Shown: positions 17,303 through 23,861 of the stretch, piece after piece
Layout of the letters: the number at the start of each line of letters is the position of its first letter
Position numbering within the stretch: the stretch's first letter is position 1
Assembly (NCBI GenBank): GCA_964356775.1
Contig: CAYHIQ010000002.1
Span: forward strand, 1 to 29,519
Source: an uncultured Candidatus Saccharibacteria bacterium
Lineage (GTDB): Bacteria > Patescibacteriota > Minisyncoccia > Phycocordibacterales > Phycocordibacteraceae
Length of the DNA: 29,519 nucleotides
Reading direction: 5' to 3'
The notes under the pieces: model-generated
The model's database searches: none
The model's input: the letters and a program-made list of their open reading frames with translations, nothing else
What the model was told of the DNA's origin: nothing
Made by a program: the position numbers and the translations under genes

Positions 17303-18459
17303 TTATTTGGTATCCCAAAAACATAATAGGAACTTGTGGCACTCATGAGCTTCTCTTTAAGGAAGGGAAGGTCTACGAGAGGGCTGAGGGAGGCACTACC
17401 ATCCGCCATTTTTATGAACAGGCGTAGATACATTTTCTCTCCACCATGCTTCGCTTCAACCATTTCGGCATCTGAACTCCCAAAAGAAGAGATATCGGTA
17501 AAGTCGTAGAAGTCGAATCCGTATGTTCGGTACACCGCCGCAAGTGTCGGGGCTAGGATTTTGAACGAAGAAGCATACGTCGAGTGCGGGTGTTCTTTGA
17601 GCGCGCGGTACTCCTTGTAGGCAAGAGGCGGGAGGAAGCCGATAACGGTTATTCCGCGTGTTTTGCACAGCTCAAGAAATGTCCGAAGTTCTGCAAGAGA
17701 ATCGTTTGAGATCGCATCTCCGTATACATCGCCGTTTGTGTCGGTAATGCTTGCTGCAAGGGCGTCAATGTCTGAGAGTGTTTTTTTCTGGACGAGAGGA
17801 GAACGGATGGCGTTTCCCCAGTAGCTGCTCCCGTCGTTCGTGAACCCATCCCCCGTAGTGCGGGCGCGCAGGCCGATAATGACAGTAGGGCTTTGTCGCG
17901 GGGTAAAGACATCGGTAAGCGTAAACTTTCCTGAGAAATAATCCGTATACACTTTCCACCACCCACCGTTGCGGAAAAAACTTTCGAAGAAAGGGTCGTA
18001 CGGTTGATCTCGAGTGGTAAACGGATTCGGTCTCGACATGACGTGATTCTTGGCGTTTTCGGGAGTAAACAGAGCCTGCTCCATATTCGCAATGACAATC
18101 TTCGGCGGGGTAGCGAGCTGATTTATAAAATAGACGTAATCACTGAGCGGGCCGACTGCGCCAGTTGTATTGTAAAAAACAGTTGGTTCTTTGAAGAATG
18201 CCGATCGGAACTCACCGACATGCGAGTTCCCCAGAGTGATGACTTGCGGCGCGCGCGCGCTTACTTCATCGATCTGTAGTGCCGGTCCGAAATTACTATA
18301 GGCCTGTCCGACGAGTATCGGTTGAGGCTGGTTCATCAGGTGTGCGACCATACTCAACGGATAAAATTCTCCGGACCATAGAAGCAGGACGAATGCTGGC
18401 GCGAAGAGTGCCGCAAGCGGCAGTAGAAAGAATACAAGTTTTTTTATGAATGCGCGCAT
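17299..18459 (-). CDS. Membrane-anchored SGNH-like protein, DltD/AlgJ-type partner of the MBOAT
   Basis: N-terminal TM (MRAFIKKLVFFLLPLAALFAPAFVLLLW), ITLGNSH (GxS block I), GFLPP, C-terminal EAKH (DxxH-like). True start ATG 18459 lies 1 nt after the MBOAT stop; the ORF-track start 18606 overlaps the MBOAT. Confidence 0.6.
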   Translation of the reverse strand: MRAFIKKLVFFLLPLAALFAPAFVLLLWSGEFYPLSMVAHLMNQPQPILVGQAYSNFGPALQIDEVSARAPQVITLGNSHVGEFRSAFFKEPTVFYNTTGAVGPLSDYVYFINQLATPPKIVIANMEQALFTPENAKNHVMSRPNPFTTRDQPYDPFFESFFRNGGWWKVYTDYFSGKFTLTDVFTPRQSPTVIIGLRARTTGDGFTNDGSSYWGNAIRSPLVQKKTLSDIDALAASITDTNGDVYGDAISNDSLAELRTFLELCKTRGITVIGFLPPLAYKEYRALKEHPHSTYASSFKILAPTLAAVYRTYGFDFYDFTDISSFGSSDAEMVEAKHGGEKMYLRLFIKMADGSASLSPLVDLPFLKEKLMSATSSYYVFGIPNN

Positions 18460-18460
18460 A

Positions 18461-19936
18461 TCAGAATTGGAAATAAATGAAGGTCTTTGGTACGAAGTTT
18501 CCCGCAAAGAGTATCCAGATGATGAATGCGTAATAGAGGGACCATCGTAGCGTGCGGCGGTACCACCATGCCGGAAGAGCAAGGCGGAGTTCTGTAAAAA
18601 GTTCATACGCGAACAAAATTGTTACGGAAACGCCAATCATAGCTAAGGTGGTCTTGCCGATACCTATTTCATAAAATGCGCAATAGTTCGTGCAAGTAAG
18701 ATATGAGAAAGCCCCCGGCCCCCAATCAAGGAAGACCTTTTTAATGATGGTGATGGCTTGGGTAAGATCATTGGCCCGGAAGAATACCCATGAAAAAGAT
18801 GCGAGAACAAACGTGATTACTATGTTTATACTGCGGGTATAAAAGGCATCCAGTTTAATAGGAAAGAAGCCAAGTATTTTTTCGCGAAGACTTCTCGTCC
18901 ATACTTCTAGACAAATAAGCAGACCGAATATGAGCCCCATAATGATAAAGTTCAACCCGGCTCCGTGCCACACTCCGGTAAGCAGGAAAGTGGTGATGAT
19001 TGAAAGGTACACCCAGGCAGCGCCACGCCCTTTTCCGCTCCAGACGAGTGGGTAGTAGACATAGTCTCGAAACCACAAGGAAAGCGATATATGCCATCGT
19101 CGCCACAATTCCGCAATAGACTCCGCGAAATACGGCTGTCTAAAATTCTGCGCAAGTTCTATGCCAAGCATACGCGCAGACCCGACAGCAATGTCGGAGT
19201 AGCCGGAGAAATCCGCATACAGCACGATCGCGAAAGAGAATACAGCGAGCAATACCATCGATCCGTTTGCGGTATCCAAGTGGCCATATACGAAATCAAC
19301 AAGAATCGCCAGATTGTTTGCTATGACTATTTTCTTAAAAAATCCCCAGAGCAGTAACTGTAGTCCCGAGACGGCACTATCATAGTTGAATGTGTGAGTG
19401 TTTCTTAGTTGCGGCAATAGGTGCTCCGGTCTCTCGATGGGACCAGCAACGAGCTGTGGGAAGAACATGACATAGAGGGCGTACGTAACATAGTTTCGTT
19501 CGGCGGCAAAACGTCCTTTATACACTTCGAAAATGTACGCGAGACTTTGAAATGTATGGAAAGATAATCCGATCGGCAAGATAATCGCTAACGACTCCAA
19601 CGAGTAATTCCAATGAAGAAAGTCTGCGAGAGTAGCGACATTTTGATTGAAAAAATTGAAGTATTTAAAAAAGAACAGAGTTCCGATGTTCGTAGCAATA
19701 CCGAACACAAGGTAAAGCATTCTGGTTTTTCCGACTGATCTCTCGATTCGCAAACCGAGGATATAGTCGATGGTAATGAGAAAAAAGAGTACAAGAATGT
19801 ACTGCGGGATGAACGCCATATAAAAGTAACAGCTTGCTAGAAGCAAGAGCCATTTTTGCCATGCTGCCGGAAGAGTAAAATATAAAATAAAGACGGAAAC
19901 GAAAAAGATAACGAAGGGGATGGAATCGAAAAGCAT
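18461..19936 (-). CDS. MBOAT-family membrane-bound O-acyltransferase (AlgI/DltB/PatA-like)
   Basis: MLFDS..F, LPIGLSFHTFQ, FFPQLVAGPIER, GFFKK..IAN, YADFSGYSDIA, NFRQPY.A.SI.E.WRRWHISLS.WFRDYVY, G.WHGA (catalytic His), C-terminal FIYFQF. Confidence 0.95.
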   Translation of the reverse strand: MLFDSIPFVIFFVSVFILYFTLPAAWQKWLLLLASCYFYMAFIPQYILVLFFLITIDYILGLRIERSVGKTRMLYLVFGIATNIGTLFFFKYFNFFNQNVATLADFLHWNYSLESLAIILPIGLSFHTFQSLAYIFEVYKGRFAAERNYVTYALYVMFFPQLVAGPIERPEHLLPQLRNTHTFNYDSAVSGLQLLLWGFFKKIVIANNLAILVDFVYGHLDTANGSMVLLAVFSFAIVLYADFSGYSDIAVGSARMLGIELAQNFRQPYFAESIAELWRRWHISLSLWFRDYVYYPLVWSGKGRGAAWVYLSIITTFLLTGVWHGAGLNFIIMGLIFGLLICLEVWTRSLREKILGFFPIKLDAFYTRSINIVITFVLASFSWVFFRANDLTQAITIIKKVFLDWGPGAFSYLTCTNYCAFYEIGIGKTTLAMIGVSVTILFAYELFTELRLALPAWWYRRTLRWSLYYAFIIWILFAGNFVPKTFIYFQF

Positions 19937-19948
19937 GTAATTGCGGGC

Positions 19949-19958
19949 AGTGTATCAT
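19949..19958. promoter_or_regulatory. Overlapping divergent -10 elements: TATCAT (+, 19953-19958) and extended TGaTACACT (-, 19957-19949)
   Basis: Both read directly inside the 30 bp gap between the MBOAT start (19936) and the acpS ATG (19967). Confidence 0.45.
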
Positions 19959-19966
19959 AGAGTGTG

Positions 19967-20311
19967 ATGGCTCCGATGCTAAAAAAAGCAGGTATTGATT
20001 TGGTGGAAGTCGCGCGTTTTCATCCATTCATACACAACAAAAAACATTCTTTTTTACGGAAAGCTTTTTCCGAGAAGGAAATAGCATATTGTTTCGCGTA
20101 TAAGGATCCCTCGGTACACTTGGCGGGTATATTTGCGGCAAAGGAGGCGGTTGCGAAGGCTCTCGGCGCTGCCGAGACTGCTTTCATCGAATTCGAAATC
20201 CGACATGCGAAAGGCGGGGCCCCGGAAGTATGGAGGAAGGATCGCAGGTTATCTATTGCTGTGTCTATAACTCATACGGATGCGATGGCGGCGGCCATTG
20301 CCGTGGGGTAA
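19967..20311 (+). CDS. acpS: Holo-[acyl-carrier-protein] synthase (AcpS-type 4'-phosphopantetheinyl transferase)
   Basis: GIDLVEVARF, FSEKEIAY, AGIFAAKEAVAKALG, GAP, VSITH; ~114 aa. Confidence 0.9.
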   Translation: MAPMLKKAGIDLVEVARFHPFIHNKKHSFLRKAFSEKEIAYCFAYKDPSVHLAGIFAAKEAVAKALGAAETAFIEFEIRHAKGGAPEVWRKDRRLSIAVSITHTDAMAAAIAVG

Positions 20312-20314
20312 CAT
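20309..20314 (+). promoter_or_regulatory. Putative -10 TAACAT overlapping the acpS stop, 8 nt before ATG 20323
   Basis: Read directly. Confidence 0.35.
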
Positions 20315-20322
20315 GTGCCGAT

Positions 20323-21372
20323 ATGCGGGAAAATAAAAAGTGCCTCGTTCTCGACCTCGATAATACGCTCTGGGGAGGCGTGGTGGGCGAGGACGGGCTC
20401 GAGAACCTCCACCTCTCTCTTACTCCTCCGGGGAGCGGGTACCTCGCTTTTCAGCAAGCAATCCTCGACCATTTTCATCGCGGCGTCATGCTTGCGATCA
20501 ATAGTCGGAACAATCCGGAAGATGCGCTTCTCGTGCTGCGCACGCACCCCAATATGCTCTTGAAGGAGCATCATTTTGCCGCCATGCGCCTTAATTGGAA
20601 CGATAAGGCACAGAATTTACGCGAAATCTCTGAAGAACTCAATATTGGCCTTGATGCGATGGTATTCCTCGACGATGATGCAGCGAATCGTTCGCTCGTG
20701 CGCGCACTTCTTCCGGAAGTAGAGACGCCAGATTTGCCAGTGGATCCTTCCGACTATGCGCGATTCTTAAATGCACAACAGTATTTCCCTTCAGAGGCAA
20801 TTACTGACGAAGATAAGATGCGAGGGAATCTGTATGTGACCGAACGCCTGCGAAGAGAGCAGGAAAAGCGTTATGCGAATAAAGAGGAATTTCTCGCGAG
20901 CTTGAAGCTCGAGCTCATTTGTAGCGAAGATGATAGCTCTTCTCTCGCGCGGCTGGCGCAACTTACTGAGAAGACAAATCAGTTCAATACGAACAAACGC
21001 CCACTTTCTGAAGGCGAGATACGCGCTTACCTCAAGAGTCCGGTACATCACGTATACCAGGCGCAGCTGCTCGATATATTTGGTGACTCTGGCATTGTCG
21101 CCTTCGCTCTTGTTGAAGAGCAAGGCAAGGAGTGGCATATCGATCAGCTCCTGATGAGCTGTCGTGTGTTCGGGCGTGCTGTCGAAAAAGCGTTTCTTGC
21201 TTTTATCGCGGACCGAGCTCATTCCGCAGGCGCGGAGCGTCTCTCTATCTCTTTTATCGAAACACCGAAGAATATGCCGGCAAAGGCGTTTCTCGATACT
21301 CATTTCAAGATGCGCACGCTCGCGCTCCACAAGATTCCTGCTGTGCCGACATGGATAACGATGCACGTATGA
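20323..21372 (+). CDS. FkbH-like HAD-IIIC glyceryl transferase/phosphatase
   Basis: KCLVLDLDNTLWGGVVGEDG (HAD motif I), LAINSRN, NWNDKAQN...ELNIG.D..VFLDD, KTNQFN, D.FGDSGIV, LMSCRV.GR.VE. Start moved to ATG 20323 (349 aa). Confidence 0.92.
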   Translation: MRENKKCLVLDLDNTLWGGVVGEDGLENLHLSLTPPGSGYLAFQQAILDHFHRGVMLAINSRNNPEDALLVLRTHPNMLLKEHHFAAMRLNWNDKAQNLREISEELNIGLDAMVFLDDDAANRSLVRALLPEVETPDLPVDPSDYARFLNAQQYFPSEAITDEDKMRGNLYVTERLRREQEKRYANKEEFLASLKLELICSEDDSSSLARLAQLTEKTNQFNTNKRPLSEGEIRAYLKSPVHHVYQAQLLDIFGDSGIVAFALVEEQGKEWHIDQLLMSCRVFGRAVEKAFLAFIADRAHSAGAERLSISFIETPKNMPAKAFLDTHFKMRTLALHKIPAVPTWITMHV

Positions 21373-21596
21373 AAACCTTTAACGCCATTGCGAGCCAGAT
21401 GTTCACTCTTCCAGAAGAGGGTATACATGACGCTCTCACGAGTCACGATATTCCAGCATGGGATTCTATGAATTATGTTTTTTTCATAGCAGAATTGGAA
21501 AAAGAATTCGGCATTTCATTCAGTATGGATGAAGTGATGAACGTCTCCTGTCTCGGAGACTTGCGCGCTATCGTCGAGAAGCGCGCGAAGAAATAG
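21369..21596 (+). CDS. Acyl carrier protein (75 aa)
   Basis: MKTFNAIASQMF...IPAWDSMNYVFFIAELEKEFGISFSMDEV; WDS phosphopantetheine serine. ATGA overlap with fkbH; it is the last 75 aa of ORF 21132..21596. Confidence 0.9.
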   Translation: MKTFNAIASQMFTLPEEGIHDALTSHDIPAWDSMNYVFFIAELEKEFGISFSMDEVMNVSCLGDLRAIVEKRAKK

Positions 21597-21597
21597 T

Positions 21598-22017
21598 ATG
21601 GAACCGGTCGAGCTCGCATTCGAAGATATCAGTGTGGGGGACAGTGCATCATTCGAGAGGGTCTTTACCACAGAAGATGTGCAGGCATTCGCGGCGTTGA
21701 GCGGCGATACAAACCCACTTCACACAAGCGAGTCGTACGCTGCCGGAACGCGTTTTAAAAAACCGCTCGTGCACGGGATGTTGGCGGGCGCACTCTGCTC
21801 TACTCTTGTGGGCATGCATTTGCCAGGCAAGCAGTGCCTGTACTTGCGCCAGACGCTCTCGTTCAAAAAACCTATTTTTATCGGCGACTCGCTCCGTATC
21901 ACGGGAGTTGTCACTGAAAAAGTTGCGGCGACCCGTATGCTCACGCTTGCGATTTCGATAACCTGTGAGGGCGTCCACGCGATAGAAGGGATGGCGACGG
22001 TACAGGTACTTGTATGA
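21598..22017 (+). CDS. MaoC/PhaJ-like hotdog-fold dehydratase
   Basis: FAALSGDTNPLH (catalytic D-x4-H), LVHGML, F.KPIFIGD. Confidence 0.9.
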   Translation: MEPVELAFEDISVGDSASFERVFTTEDVQAFAALSGDTNPLHTSESYAAGTRFKKPLVHGMLAGALCSTLVGMHLPGKQCLYLRQTLSFKKPIFIGDSLRITGVVTEKVAATRMLTLAISITCEGVHAIEGMATVQVLV

Positions 22018-22038
22018 TAGTAGGGATGCAATAATTTT

Positions 22039-22803
22039 ATGCAGGCACTCAAAAAAAACAGGAAAATAGCTCTCGTATCCGGAGGTATGGGGTATGTAGG
22101 GAAGGCTGTCACGCAAAGATTCGCCCAAGACGGTATCTCTGTTGTCGTCATGTACCATACGTCCTCGCAAGAATCGGTAGATGAATTTCTGATGTTGTTA
22201 GGGGAAGGGCACGCCGCCTATCAGTGCGATTTGGGAAATGAGGCGCAGATGCAAGAAACGATAGCGACGATAGAGCGCGAACAGGGACCGGTTTCGATAT
22301 ATGTGCATGCGGCGGGAGCATCGCCATCGCGTAAGCCGCTCCACCTTACTTCGACCGAAGAGGTGCTCGAAGCATTTAAGAAAAATGCGCTCAGCGGGTT
22401 TAATTTCTTTACCGCCGGTGCGACGTATCTGAAGGAGCGGAAAGAGGGCGTAATGATCGGTATCACTACGGCTGCGGTTGTTTTTCCTCAGAGCGTCGGT
22501 TCACTTGGTCCTTATGTAGCAGCAAAGTATGCGCTTCAGGGCATGCTTGCATCGTTTCGGGCTGAGCTTTTACCCTTTGGGATCCGCGTTTATTCAGTCG
22601 CGCCCGGTTTTATGGAAGGGGGAATGAATAGTGTGTTTCCGAAAGCATTTGTTGAGATGGTAAAAGCGAAAAGTCCTACAAAAATGCTCGCGACCGCTGA
22701 AAATATTGCTGAGCACATTTCATTTCTTGTCTCTGATGCGGGGAAAGATTTCACTGACCTTACGATTGTCGTTGCTCCTGAATTGGAGGTTCATGCTCTA
22801 TGA
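22039..22803 (+). CDS. Classical SDR oxidoreductase (FabG/ketoreductase-like)
   Basis: ALVSGGMGYVGKA, YQCDL, VHAAG, PYVAAKYAL (YxxxK), IRVYSVAPGF. Confidence 0.88.
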   Translation: MQALKKNRKIALVSGGMGYVGKAVTQRFAQDGISVVVMYHTSSQESVDEFLMLLGEGHAAYQCDLGNEAQMQETIATIEREQGPVSIYVHAAGASPSRKPLHLTSTEEVLEAFKKNALSGFNFFTAGATYLKERKEGVMIGITTAAVVFPQSVGSLGPYVAAKYALQGMLASFRAELLPFGIRVYSVAPGFMEGGMNSVFPKAFVEMVKAKSPTKMLATAENIAEHISFLVSDAGKDFTDLTIVVAPELEVHAL

Positions 22804-23861
22804 ATATTCGCAAAGCACTGACCTTTCGCGCGTCGTCTATCGGCGATTGTTTGATGGGGAAGTATCTTTTGGAGAATATTCACGCAGAGTATCCAGAGAC
22901 TCGTCTCGGCATCGTGGTAGCGGGCCGTGCAGCGATGATTCGCGATTTGTTCGCGGCCTATCCCTGGCTGGAGGTCATCGAAGCGAATCGTCGCAATCCG
23001 AGAACGCTCTTCGCGCTACTCCGTGATTTCCATGGAAGTGATTTGGTCGTAACGCAATATGCGGGCAAGAAGGGAGGAAGGTTCGGTTTTGGAAGCAAAC
23101 TTTTCGCGCGCCTGTTGGCACGAAGAGGAGGACTTGTTGGATTCACGGATGCGTTCCGATGGAATAGTGTCCTCTATGACCAGCTCGTACCAATAAAGGC
23201 CGGAGAGTCGATCGCTGAACATGAACGCGAAGTACTCGCGACTGTCGAGGTAACAGTCTCTTTACCGTTCCCCAAGCTCATTTGTTTGCCGGATGGCGCT
23301 ATTGTAGAAAAATTCGGCGTCGACGCGGAGAAGTTCATCATCGTGCACTTTTTTGCTGGAGGGAAGGGTCGGAGCATGAGTCCCGAAAAGAGTAGGGAAC
23401 TTCTCACGGCACTGCGTCGTGTTCTCTCTGATGACATTTCCATACTTGTAAGCGGGTCATCGGCGGACCGCTCATCTGCGCGCGCAATCGCGGAAGGCAT
23501 AGATGCGAAAGTCATCGCCGGAGAAACGACTTTGCAAGAAATGATGTGTCTTATCAAAGAGAGTCGGTGTGTGATCAGTGTTGACACCGGCATGGCTCAC
23601 ATCGCTGCGCATCTCGGGACGCCGCTCGTCGTCATGCGTACCTGCGTCGGCCGCAATTGGTGGCTCGCCGGGCAATATGGCGAGAACGCGCCCATCACGG
23701 TATGTGCTCACGATGTGTCGTGTAGAGATGGACATGTGAATAAGGAATATCCAGAGTGTCTGAACGAGATTTCCGTTGAAGAGATTGCCAACGCCGCAAG
23801 ACAATGTGTGTTACGTGACGACTCGCAGACGAGTTATAGAGAGGAAGCATCCCTTTCATGA
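22800..23861 (+). CDS. Glycosyltransferase family 9 (ADP-heptose transferase-like)
   Basis: TFRASSIGDCLM, YP, AGETTLQEMMCLI, ISVDTGMAHIAAHLGTPLVV. Confidence 0.85.
   Translation: MNIRKALTFRASSIGDCLMGKYLLENIHAEYPETRLGIVVAGRAAMIRDLFAAYPWLEVIEANRRNPRTLFALLRDFHGSDLVVTQYAGKKGGRFGFGSKLFARLLARRGGLVGFTDAFRWNSVLYDQLVPIKAGESIAEHEREVLATVEVTVSLPFPKLICLPDGAIVEKFGVDAEKFIIVHFFAGGKGRSMSPEKSRELLTALRRVLSDDISILVSGSSADRSSARAIAEGIDAKVIAGETTLQEMMCLIKESRCVISVDTGMAHIAAHLGTPLVVMRTCVGRNWWLAGQYGENAPITVCAHDVSCRDGHVNKEYPECLNEISVEEIANAARQCVLRDDSQTSYREEASLS

Noticed and set aside
19967-22803. Fatty-acid synthesis or PKS/NRPS secondary-metabolite cluster
   Set aside because: No ketosynthase, acyltransferase, adenylation, condensation or thioesterase gene; the context is entirely glycan-related.
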